NCBI GenBank assembly: GCA_965153285.1
Contig: OZ229110.1
Source: Podarcis tiliguerta
Taxonomy: Eukaryota
Reading direction: 5' to 3' (one strand)
Length of the DNA: 64,000 bases
Each line of letters starts with the position of its first letter. Position 1 is the stretch's first letter. The notes below the pieces were generated by a model. The model was given only the letters and a program-made list of their open reading frames with translations. It was not told the DNA's origin and made no database searches. The position numbers and the translations under genes are program-made. Positions 1 through 10,967 of this stretch are shown piece by piece.

Positions 1-240
1 TATTTTTTGCCATCTCACCCCTTGCTTTTTCCTGTAAGACCAATTGCAGTCGTTAACAGTCGTCAACAGGTTTACCACACCTATCAGCCAATCACCCTTC
101 TGAGTAATACCCCTCCCCACCCTCTCACTATATATAAGGGTCTGGTGACTTCTGTTTCAGTGTATCTAAAGAAGTGTGCATGCACACGAAAGCTCATACC
201 AATAACTAACTTAGTTGGTCTCTAAGGTGCTACTGGAAGG
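1..240 (+). mobile_element. Penelope-like retroelement terminal repeat (pLTR), truncated by the window start
   Basis: CCAAT at ~88-92, TATATATAAG at 129-138, then a hammerhead-type motif at 162-199, then the tail TTAGTTGGTCTCTAAGGTGCTAC (211-233). I recall this arrangement and tail from reptile Penelope-like element ends. Confidence 0.8.
162..199 (+). ncRNA. Minimal type I hammerhead ribozyme motif with a G5->A core variant (probably inactive)
   Basis: Stem I GUAU(162-165)/AUAC(196-199); core CUAAAGA (166-172; consensus CUGANGA); stem II GUGUGC-AU-GCACAC (174-187); GAAA (188-191); palindromic stem III AGCU; cleavage-site C at 195. Confidence 0.75.
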
Positions 241-639
241 ATTTTTTTAATTATTATTTTGATTCAAAGTAGGAGTAGGTGAGCTCCCTTTTGACCAGCT
301 TTCAAAACTAAGGACAGTTTTCACCGTCTGCAGGCAATGCCAAAAACAAAGGATCCTCAAGAATGTCTCTTTATAATCTGATTAAATTAACTAACTAAGT
401 TAATTTGACTAACTTTCCAGTGGGACCTCAGCTACACTGCTAAAGTACAAGTGTTTTATATGCTTTATAACACTGTGACTCCAGATGGTGGCTGTGGAGT
501 CCTGTCTTTCGCCAACATGATTCTCATAATAAAGTTTTCAACACGTTTTCCTGAAATGCTTTTTTGATGTGTCTAGATCCAGCCTGGGTCTCCTCCAAGT
601 GTTAATCAGTCAGATACAAACCTGCTTTTATTCTGCTTT

Positions 640-695
640 GCAATTGGACTAGATGACGTTTGGGGGTACCAACTCTACAATTCTATGATTCTATG
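640..695 (+). mobile_element. CR1 LINE 3' end
   Basis: TTGGACTAGATGAC...CCAACTCTACA followed by the (ATTCTATG)2 octamer tail typical of CR1. Confidence 0.75.
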
Positions 696-1417
696 GTGCA
701 AGAAGCTTCCCAGAGCTGCCCCCATCGAGAAGGCCATGTACCTTATCCCAACCACCAGATAATAAAGGAACTCGAAGAAAGGCCTCATATGCCACTCTTA
801 GTGCATGGGGAGCCTTACATAGTGTGAACAGCTCTAAAAAAATTTACAATAAAAGAAATCACTCAAGTGGGGTCCAAATAGCCTGTACCCCATGACCCTG
901 GTTGCTTTGCAAGGGGTGGGGCTTCAATACAAATACAGAATACGGAGTGTCACACCTACTGTTCAGGAAATCTTGAATGCTTGGACTGTGCTGTACTAGT
1001 TCTTTGGATGTTTTACAGCCCTTATTTCAATATGAAATCTAACGCTAACAATCTGCCGAAGAACCAGAAGATGTTGTTGAAACCTCTTAGCTTCTTCATT
1101 ACACTCATTGAACATTTTTGTGTTAAAGCAAAACATCTCTACCATATGTAGTTGGCAGGATGGACTGATGGATAATTGAGCCATGTATGGACTCATCAGT
1201 CCCATTATTATTATTTTTACGCATACCATATCATATTTTTGAACCTCACACTTCTGTGGGCTCTTAGCGAAATAATTACTCCTGCCTCAAGAGAGATTTA
1301 TCCTGTCAACATCTTGGGAGGGTAAACATTCCATTTCAAAGTCATCACTGCACAGAATTCTAATTAAGTTATAAGGAGAACAACTAAAGGTTCTCTGTGG
1401 ATCAGAATATTTGAAAA

Positions 1418-1420
<3 letters not shown>

Positions 1421-1461
<41 letters not shown>
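1421..1461. repeat. (GA)n microsatellite
   Basis: About 20 perfect GA units; explains the SLSLSL ORF at 1287-1544. Confidence 0.98.
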
Positions 1462-1463
<2 letters not shown>

Positions 1464-1905
1464 CTCCTCTCCGTCCCACATTCTCATTGTCCTTTCACAT
1501 ACTGTAACACAGCCATTGCTGGAATATAACATGACACCAGGCAATGGCAGTATGAAAGGGGTCTTTGAACCTGCTTCTTTTATCCTGCTCTGTTCCTAAC
1601 AGGGTGTCTCTGCTCTAATTCCAAAGAAAATTTGCTTCAAGGTCCATAATTGCACTGGGGCGCTGAAGCCTCATAAAAATGTAGAGCATCCTCTCTCTTA
1701 AGTCAATATGCATTATCTGTGGTAGCAGCAAACTGACATACCGTGAGGGAATACTTAAAAATCGCCCATTTGGAAAGGCATTAAAAATTATTATTTTTTT
1801 ACTGAAAACAGAACAAACTTTTAATTACTAGAGTTGTATAGCATTGAGGTTTTTTCTATCTCTCTCCCTCTGTATCTTCCAGAATATTTTCTTTACATCT
1901 GTATC

Positions 1906-2243
1906 CATAGGAGCAAATTCAAGGGGGCTGTAGGTGCTTGGGCACCCGCAAAGTAAATGAAAAAAGCTGGCAGGTGGCAGCAGCGCTGCCTTCAAGAGAG
2001 AAGCGGTTCAGATCTGTCCTCTGCAGCTAGCCAGCAAGGCACCCTATTCTAGGGGGTGAGGCTCGGACGTGGAGGCAGAGTTCGATTACCTCCCCGTGGA
2101 AAAGGGTGCCGCACTGGCTGCGGAGAGGAGGAGAAAGAGGAGTTGTTGCTGCTGGCTGCCGCAATGCATACATGTGACGTAACACTCAGACGTGGGCATG
2201 TGACATGGGCACCCACCATCCTGAGGGCAAGATGGCACCCCTG
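1906..2243. mobile_element. Non-autonomous hAT (Tip100-like) DNA transposon
   Basis: Exact 8-bp TSD TCTGTATC at 1898-1905 and 2244-2251; imperfect termini CATAGGAGCAAA...ATGGCACCCCTG; GC/CpG-rich block with sharp edges against AT-rich flanks. Confidence 0.8.
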
Positions 2244-2876
2244 TCTGTATCGGTTAAATATACTCCAAGGTTGAAATAAAGCCTACACAATTCATTTGTA
2301 AATACCACATATACAACATCAACGTCATCATAATCACTTTTTATATGTATTTTGTGGAATTGCCCTGCAATCTTTTGATGAAGGTGTATAAATTTAATAA
2401 ATTATATACTGACTTTCCACATCTCCTCCTCATGTTACCTCTGAATGAGATCACAGTTCCTCTTCCTGTAGGAAGGTGAAAGCTCTGCTACTAATATAGC
2501 AACTACAACTGCATTAATAGAAAAATGCCATTTAGTAGATATATCAGCCACCACTGAAATAGCTATCTATGCCAAAATCTTCTGTAGTAATTAAAAGGTG
2601 TTTTGCAGCAAAAGAAGCTGTAAAATATGGTGAGTGCTTCATATAGCAACCTTTCCTGCTTTCCACTTAAAGATGCATATTCTTTCAAATCTGCTAATGC
2701 TGCTACTTCTTGGGAAATTGCTTTTTAGAGAAGCATAGATTTGGTGGGGGTTGTGAAACAAGAAGTCTAATTCATTCCTTGCTCTTTTAGAAGACCAGTT
2801 TTTCGATTGGACGTACTCCCAGGGAAGTGTATATTGGATTGCAGCCTTCTTAATAATTACAAAAGGGGGTTACTGC

Positions 2877-3264
2877 TAGGGATGTCTGAGGATTACATTC
2901 AGTTTAAGTGAACTGCCTTGATATGTACTTTTGGGACTAACAGAGGGATCAGAATGGAGCTATTCTTTAGCGTCCATGTTTCTCCAAATTCTACAGTACA
3001 GTTTTTGGTTCTAAAAACCATACCAAAATGTATATATAATGCATACCCTGTATTTTAGGTTCAAATGTATATACAAATGCATCTTGTAAAATAAAATGCA
3101 TTCAAAAACATGTGTTTTTGACATAGGTACTGGTACATATTAAAAAATGCTGAACTTTGTGCTTTTTTATTAAAAAAAAAGAGTGGTTCAGAAATGGGAT
3201 GTAATGGACTTGTGAATGAACACAGGGAAAACAGACTAGAAATAGACTGATCTGTCCATCTTTA
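2877..3264. mobile_element. Degraded hAT/Ac-like MITE (tentative)
   Basis: TAGGGATG at the start and decayed CATCTTTA at the end, with internal AAATGCAT/AAATGTAT-type repeats; no clean TSD. Confidence 0.35.
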
Positions 3265-3439
3265 CTTAGTGATTCTCTTATTTACTTTGGTCATACTAAG
3301 GTGAACATTAAAAGGTGCACATAATGCCTTCTTACAACCCAGTTATGTTTAATCTGGAGTCATAAGATTTATTGATGTAATGCAAGATGCAATAGCAAAA
3401 GCTTTAAAGACGTAGTTTCCCAAATATATCAGATGATTG

Positions 3440-3790
3440 AGTATTATTATTATCATTATCACCCTTTTATCAGAAGATCCCAGGGAGGTGTACAACATTA
3501 AAAACACATTACAGAACACCAGTGATAAAAACATAATAAAAACATAATGACAGAGAGCCTAATACTAAAAATAATCATTATAATAACAGTTGACTTCCCC
3601 ACACTTTCACAGGCCATAGATTGTTTAATAGCCATAGGCCTGGGTAGAAGGGAATGTTTATGCCTGCTGTGATGGTGCCACAATTGGGAAGCCACCATGG
3701 AAAAGGCCCTTCTCTTGTAGCCACCCTCCGAACCTCTCTGGCATAGGGGACATAGAGAAGGGCCTGAGATGACAAGCGCAGGGTCTGGAT
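3440..3790 (-). mobile_element. L2 LINE 3' remnant
   Basis: Minus-strand translation RRAFSMVASQLW resembles the L2 ORF2 C-terminal RAFSxxAPxLWN motif, followed by a T-rich 3'UTR and an (AAT) tail. Confidence 0.6.
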
Positions 3791-3966
3791 ACAACATTGC
3801 AGATAATTTTAAGCATCAATGGTAGAGGATGCTTGGAGCAGCCATTAAGGAAAAGGTCCATGCTAAAAACTGGTATTCTAAACTCCATTGGCTAAACAAA
3901 ATGTATATGATAGTAAACAGTAGTGTGTAGGTTTAGGCTCCAATCCTAAACAAACTAAGCAAGTAA

Positions 3967-4193
3967 GACTGTGTACACATTAAGCAGCTTAAAATGCAAT
4001 TAGGTTGTTCTTTTCCTCAGTTTGGATCAAAGCTGGTTTGGGGGAAAATGCATGAAAATGCAGCATTTCATAAGAAACAATAGGACAGATAAAGGACAGA
4101 TATAGATTGTGGCTAACATTGTGTGTACACTACTTCACAAACCAGCAGTGGGAGCACATTGGATGGAGAGTAAACACAAGCGTGTACACAGCC
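3967..4193. mobile_element. PIF/Harbinger MITE
   Basis: 12-bp TIRs GACTGTGTACAC / GTGTACACAGCC (1 mismatch); 3-bp TAA TSD at 3964-3966 and 4194-4196. Confidence 0.75.
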
Positions 4194-4964
4194 TAAGTCT
4201 CACTGAACTCAACCCTTTCAGAGGTCAAATGTAGGATCAGATTACCATATGCATTTCTATTCCTTATTCTTTAAAATTCAGATTCTTTCCAATATTATAT
4301 ATCTCTCTCCCACACACATACACACACATATATACAGCAGATCATCAGGAGGTGGCAGTAGTGTTTGCTGAAAGAGTTTGACAGAAACTGGAAGTGGAAA
4401 AGCTCTGCATGAATTCACATAGGCTAGTGTTTTCAAGTTTCCCAAAGCAGATAACAGTAGTCTGAATTATAAAGACTCTGCACTTTAATTGCATCTTTTA
4501 TTGACTAGTTGGTAAGCTTGGTAAATAATTTATCATTTTAATTCAGGAGTATTAGAAAACACTGCATACATTTGTTGAAAATGTATTAAGCATCAAGGTC
4601 CTGAAAGATTTTATAGGACAACTGACTAATTTTATCTTTGACTACATTTCTTATCCGTGGGTCTTCAAAGGCTCGAGCTGAAGTCCCTCTCAGGCCTCCT
4701 GCTTTGCAAAGATGCCACCTAAATGAACGTGCGTCTTTCTTATATATAAACCCAGACAATGTGGGTGATTTTGAAATGGTGTCATAATAATATTACAGAA
4801 AACTGATGTGAATTTATTTTGAGGTACTGGACACAGCTATGTATTTAAGTATATCCATTACATGAAAAGGGAAACTCAGTTTAAAGGGGGAGAAGAATCC
4901 AAATGTGATCCCTATTTGAACCTTACTGAAGACTGATTTTTACATTTAGAACATAAGTAATCTG

Positions 4965-5219
4965 GACCAGACAAATTCATGGAGGGTAAAGGCTATACAT
5001 GACTGCTAGCCATGATAGTTATTCTCTGCCTCCACATTTGGAGGCAGTAATGTTCCTGAAAACCAGTTGCTGGAAGTCACAGTACGGGAGAGGGTTCCTG
5101 TGCTTGGGTCCTGGTTTCAGGTTACTCATGGGCATCTGGTTGGCCACAGTGAGAACAGGATGCTGGACTAGATGGGCCATTGGCCTGATCCAGAAGAAGC
5201 TCTTCTTTATGTTCTTATA
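4965..5219 (+). mobile_element. CR1 LINE 3'UTR fragment
   Basis: GACAAATTCATGGAG...GGATGCTGGACTAGATGGGCCATTGGCCTGATCCAG ending in a TTATGTTCTTAT tail; an inverse-oriented relative lies at 21788-21990. Confidence 0.8.
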
Positions 5220-7379
5220 GTTATTGGAGGCTTGGCACCGACTCTGCTACAGCTGCTTTCAGCTGAAAGCTTCCCCACCCCCCATGAAGTTTAAGGAAAT
5301 CACAACCAAGCATGAAAGTTCAGGTATGATTTATTAATGATCTGTGAAACAGCACAATAGAACCCCACACTATTACATATAATCTGAAGTTAATGAATAA
5401 GTGAAGAGGTTGGAATACTGTGATTTCGCATACCTTGTAATAAATGAAAGGTATGAAATGAAAAGCCATTTTGAGACTTTAATCTAGACCTAAATGAGTA
5501 TGTGTGAAAAAAGAAGCAGTGTTTTACACTGTTCCCCACCCTACATGGGTTCATTAGAATATATGGAGAACCCTTGGATTTACAGTTCTGTGCTGAGGGC
5601 TCTCTCACTGTGAAATTGGCAACTTCACCACTTCTTTACAGATGTTATAATAAATAACAGTTGTTGTGCACAGGTCAGGAGAGAAGCCTGCTGCAGCAGT
5701 ATCACTCCCTCTCTCAAACTGTCACATAGTTGCTTAAAATACACATTCCCTTTTAGATAATTCTAAATCAGAAAAGATTTTCTTTACCACTAATAGAATG
5801 AACTGCACACAACTTTTGTTTTTCAACTTCCAATTCAATTTGCAACGCTGCCTTCCAGTATAATTAAGGCAACTTTCATTTTCAATCTGTTCAGGGGAGC
5901 ATCTACAGTGAAGTAACAGCTGGACAGACACAACAGCATCGCCAACATCCCCTGCATGCAAGCGATTTCCCTCAACTGTGTTTCGTTTTTCTCACATAGG
6001 CAGAAATATGGTTCAAAATGGCTCCTTTGAACTCCACATGTAGAAGAATCAAAGTATGTCCAGCTTGGGAAGGGACTACATTTAAAACATGGGAGGTTGT
6101 TTTCTTTGCAAGCAACAGAGGATATTGTAGTTTGTCCCCACAGCCCTGGAATGAAGGCAGTGCCAGACACTGAATGGGTTTCAGCATGTGCCATTTCTCC
6201 CTTCATGATCTACGTCCTTCTTAACTAGTGAAAGTCCACCTCCACAAACTCAGTGTGAATATACTTGCTAAGAAGACAAAAGCTGGGAGCTGCCTTATAT
6301 AACTGTGACTGTTCCCTGCCATCCCAACCATCAGTGTCAGTGAACGGAAAGATGTGCAAATGCTTGAGAGGGATGCAGAAGAGATCACCTGTCAGAAACC
6401 TGGCCAGAAAGCCTTGGGTTAAAAGAGGCTACTTAATTATTTCCCCTGTCCCCAATTCAACAAGTCACACTATCTGCACACACGCACACACACCACATAC
6501 AACCTTGCTGAGTAGAGCAGGAAAGTCTGAGAGGGCTCTCAGTCACAGGCTTCTAAGCACCTTCCTGCATCAGTGCAGGATAGTTCCTGCTGAGACTGAA
6601 CAAGGTGCGTTTGGCACATTCTCCCCTCCCCAGTTTAAGCCTCTTGCATTATTTCTGAATGCCTGAAGAGGGCAATGGTGTGGCTAAACCTCATTTGGAA
6701 ATCGTCCAAGTTATATATATATATTAATCAACAGATCAAAAGTTATAAGGCAAACATACATTTTTAGTTAAACCAGATCAAAACAGTAGTTTAGTGTGTA
6801 GTGCTGAGAACTGTAGCTTCTGATAGTATGCCGTTACTAGTCTCAAAACTTGGTAGCCTAAATTTTACAAAACAGCTGCTCAGTCTTGATAAATTTAACG
6901 TATCCCAAATGAGCATCTGTTTTCATTTGGGAAGAAACGTGCCTACTGTTTTGTATCTACCCCTTTAGCAATGAAAAATAGATTTTAGTGATTCTTCAGG
7001 ACATCTTTATTCATCACATCCAGTCACATGTTCAGCCTATTTCTTTCTGCCTATTTTGCTCTGCTTCTCCTGCCTCCTCCTCATCTTCTGGATCTGGTTT
7101 GGGGCGCACCTTATAAAACACAAACTTGTAGCTAATAGAGCAGCACAACACACTGCTTATCTCAAACATAATGCAAGGATTCTGCTACCTTCTACCATAC
7201 ACACTGGACACATACTGTATCAAAGTGGACAACATCCTTCATTTTGTATTCTTTCATGCCGTGTCATTGATGTGGTAGATGGTACCCCAGAATAAGTGAT
7301 AGCAAAAAAGAGAGAGGAAAAGGAGAGGCTTGTTCAGATAGTTGACTGATACAGAAGAGAAGCCATCAGCTTATTCAAG

Positions 7380-7570
7380 GATCTTCTACATGGCAGGTGG
7401 GAATAACTGATGCCTTGGTGACTCATACTGGGAAAGGAACAAGGGGAGTGTGACTGTATTGATTCTGCCAGATGGTTCAGTGGTATTAACAGTCCAATCA
7501 CCCAGGATATCCCTTTGGATAGGCTGCCTGAGTTGGGAACTGGAGGCATGGTGTCTCAATGATTCCAATC
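7380..7570 (+). mobile_element. L2 LINE reverse-transcriptase fragment (decayed)
   Basis: Frameshifted translation ...WERNKGSVTVLILPD... and ...LDRLPELGTGGMVSQ*FQS resembles the L2 RT segment (xxxGSVxLLxLLDLSxAFD...LLDRL.ELGxGGTVLxWFxSYL). Confidence 0.65.
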
Positions 7571-8460
7571 CAATCAATTGGACATAGAAGCATAGCATAT
7601 AAATGTCAAAAATTAATAAAACATGGAAAGAGAGCAAAAGGAGAGCATAGATGAGATGCCATGTCCTTGCTTATTGAAGGTGTTACTATTTTAGAGTCTG
7701 GGCACTAATTAAGGCCACTGCAGCATAGTTTCTTCTCATGACTCATGTACAGAGCCTTGTGAGTGAACCTATTTTGACATTCCTCTCTTGCAAGTGTCTC
7801 CCCTGACAGTAACAAGCATTCAGATGAATTGCAAGGACCCTGCCCATGCACCTTAGAACTTTTGACATGAATAAGACTGCTTTTTGGCTCCTGGAACTGT
7901 CTCCCAGAACTAGGGTGGACACTTACACACCATGAAAAAATGAGGAAATGTGTAATCAAAAAAGGGACAAAAGAAGATGCAAGTTTATATATTATTCAAA
8001 TGTGTATATATAGATGCAAATTTAGGAATAATTACTGTAATTTGAAGCAGAAATACAATAAATCTTGCCATAGTGGGGGAGACTCTGGTCAAGTGACTTG
8101 TGTATATGCTGTCCATATACTCACTGTTGCTGGCAACATCAAGGGCCCTCCTTTCACATGACAGAAAAGGCACTTCTGGAAATCTAGTGGAATCTAACAG
8201 AAGTTTAGTGCTCATTACCATGTTAATTGTTTCCAGATAAAAATCAATTTGCTCAGGAAATTGTGAGATTTTTGCATTGTAATTTCCCTGCAGTTTTCAT
8301 CTTAACACCATCACCACTCATGTGTTGAAAATTAAGGCGGTATCCTGGCATACATTTTTTGTTGGCATTTAAAATCTAGCATGACATGGAGGTATTTCGA
8401 TAAAAAAGCCACAGTTTTGTAACACAACAGGTACTGTCAAGGCAATAAGCAACTATTTTA

Positions 8461-8577
8461 CTTTTAAAAGCCAACTGAAGGTGGCCATGTTTAGGGAAGT
8501 TTTTAATGTTTGATGCTTCGGTTGGAAGCCACCTAGAGTGGCTGGGCAAACCCAGTCAGATGGGTGGGGTATAAATA

Positions 8578-8626
<49 letters not shown>
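8461..8626 (+). mobile_element. L2-type LINE 3' end with (ATT)n tail
   Basis: ...GAAGCCACCTAGAGTGGCTGGGCAAACCCAGTCAGATGGGTGGGGTATAAAT followed by about 16 ATT units (8579-8626). Confidence 0.7.
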
Positions 8627-10089
8627 TACAAGGAATGTTAGAAATGGGACAGATGCTAGCATTATAACCAGTGCAACTAATGCAATAAACTGCACATCAG
8701 AATGCAGCCCCAATTCCTCTGCTGGAAACTTGCACTGTACTTGCAGATGCATATTTTGATATTTGCACTTCTGCTTCTCTTGTTGTTCCTTTATCTTCTC
8801 CATCTATGTCTTTAACTTCCACATATTATCCAAAGGCCTTTTAGAGCCCTAAAATATTGTTTCTAGGGCATGGGCCTGATACATTGCTTGTATTGCCACA
8901 GCTTTTTGTGCTTTAGTGAAATAAAACCATTTTAGCTTTTGCAGCGTACTTGGCAAATCTTTTCCTCATGACAATTGCACAATATCCCGTCCCTGGGAGA
9001 AGGGACAATGGCCGCCGTACTGTTGGCTGCCCTTTTCTTTCAACCTGGCTAGAGATGAGCTTCAGGGCAGAGGACCATGCTGGTTCAGCATCAATTTCTT
9101 CCTAGAGCCCACACAGAGAGCCATAGAACTATATTTCCTAATAGGAGTCACTGTGGTTAGAAGAGCACAGGCCATTTATTAGTGAAAGCCACACCAAGCC
9201 TGGCTCATTCCGTTTTTGTTCCAGGTGCCTTCAGATCAGTCACTCTGTTGACCTAACCTCATTAGCGAGCTTTCTCCTTTGCTGGTGAAGATGAATCCCA
9301 TGCAATGCACAGTTTTTAAAAGGAGCTTATAAAGCCATATAAAAGGCATTCCCAGGGCAACAACTAAAATGTTAAATTAGGCTTTGACAGCAGAACATTT
9401 CACTCCAGGTAGATTTGAAAACTATGCCACAAATTACCGCTCATAAAATTTTCCCTAGTCCTTATTTGCATTTTATTATGGCACATATGGAATGCACATC
9501 CAGGCTTGCTTTATTTCAAACTGCAAGGATCTAACACTGTTTCATGACATTTTTTCATGCCGATGATGAAAAGAGGAATAATTGCAAATGGGCATGGTTT
9601 GACTGCAATATTAGTGTTGGAACTTAGTCAAGTTGTGTAGGGGCTGTTTTCCCATTCTGACTTGATTGGCAACCAACCATGCCTTTTCTCTCTCCCTCAT
9701 TTTGGTGGATAAACACTCTGAACTCCAGGAGATAAATTATTTTTACACCTCAAGAGGAGAGGTACATAGCACAGTGCTTCCAATGATTGAATGGCTACAT
9801 GAATGAATAAAGAATGAGCAAGAAACAATACTGTATAATTGACCTAGCAATTTTAATCACATCTAAGTTTAGAATGACATTATGAAGCCTAAATAGCATC
9901 ACTTAACTGCACTCTGAAAGCTGGTATTGAAGGGTGATCTTTAAAGTGAAAAGCGTTATAGAAAGTGCTCAAGGAAGGAACCACAACTGATCTACAGCAA
10001 GGATTAGTGTCTTTCAGGATTGTTAGTTCTGTTTTGCATTGCTTTAACTGGCTTCTGTTGTGCAGCTTTTAGTTAAATGGAAATGAGCT

Positions 10090-10383
10090 TGTTATGTACT
10101 GAGTGGAATAGGATCCAAAATGCAGCAGTCTGATTGGTCCTAGAACAATAGGATTCAGAATGCAGCAGTCTGATTGGTCCACAGGAGCCACACAATCCAG
10201 CTCCAGGTGGAAGTGAATCTGCAACCTGATTGGCCTGCAGGAGAATCCTGGAATTAGCCAATCATTATTGTGTAAATAATGTATATAAAGCAGACATTCT
10301 GGGGGAACTTCCATTCTTCCCCACCACTATGAGCTGAATAAATAAAGAGCATGAAATCCACTCTCAACTCCAAGTATATTTCA
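10090..10383 (+). mobile_element. Solo LTR (294 bp)
   Basis: TG...CA termini (TGTTATG...ATTTCA); exact 5-bp TSD GAGCT at 10085-10089 and 10384-10388; multiple CCAAT/ATTGG boxes; TATATAAA at ~10282; AATAAA at ~10337-10346. Confidence 0.9.
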
Positions 10384-10424
10384 GAGCTGTTTTGTCTGTG
10401 ACTTCATTATGAATGAAGAACCTG

Positions 10425-10530
10425 TGACGTCCAGTTTTTGTTGGATTACAACTCCCATCAGCCCCAGCTAGCATGGCCACTGGTCAATGATGATGGGAGT
10501 TGCTGTCCAGCAACAATTGGAATGCCAAAT
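10425..10530. mobile_element. Degraded palindromic hAT-type MITE
   Basis: ACAACTCCCATCA...TGATGGGAGTTG inverted core; same family as 38656-38791. Confidence 0.65.
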
Positions 10531-10655
10531 GTGAAGTGTTAGGGACTAGTTTTTCAGAGTGGATGTCTCATAAATCTATCAGATATTATAAGAGTTCCTT
10601 CTTCATCCGTGCTGTAAATGCCAGCCTGCATTATGCATTGTTACATTAAAACTGT

Positions 10656-10967
10656 TGGCACTGTGGTCCAAACCACTGAGCCTCTTGGGCTTGCCAATTG
10701 GTTCAAATTCATGCAATGGGGTGAGCTCCTGTTGCTCTGTCCCAGCTTCTGCCAACCTAGCAGTTCAAAAGCATACCAGTGCAAGTAGATAAATAGGTAC
10801 CACTGCAGTGGGAAGGTAAACGGTGTTTCCGTGTACTCTGGCACTTGTCACGGTGTCCTGTTGGGCCAGAAGCGGTTTAGTCATGCTGGCCACATGACCT
10901 GGAAAGCTGTCTGTGGACAAACACTGGCTCCCTCTGCCCGAAGTGAGATGAGTGCCGCACCCCATAG
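10656..10967 (+). mobile_element. Sauria SINE, older and diverged copy, 3' truncated
   Basis: Shares GGGGTGAGC, TAGCAGTT, AGTGCAAGTAGATAAATAGGTA and TTAGTCATGCTGGCCACATGACCTGGAA with the copy at 59743. Confidence 0.85.

Noticed and set aside
424-584. Possible Harbinger MITE with TGG flanks
   Set aside because: Putative TIRs match only 8 of 14 and the TSD is atypical.
8453-8803. Poly-N and poly-L ORFs
   Set aside because: Produced by the (ATT)n tail of an L2-type element.
10107-10180. Direct repeats as a CRISPR-like array
   Set aside because: Only two units inside a eukaryotic LTR; no spacers or cas genes.
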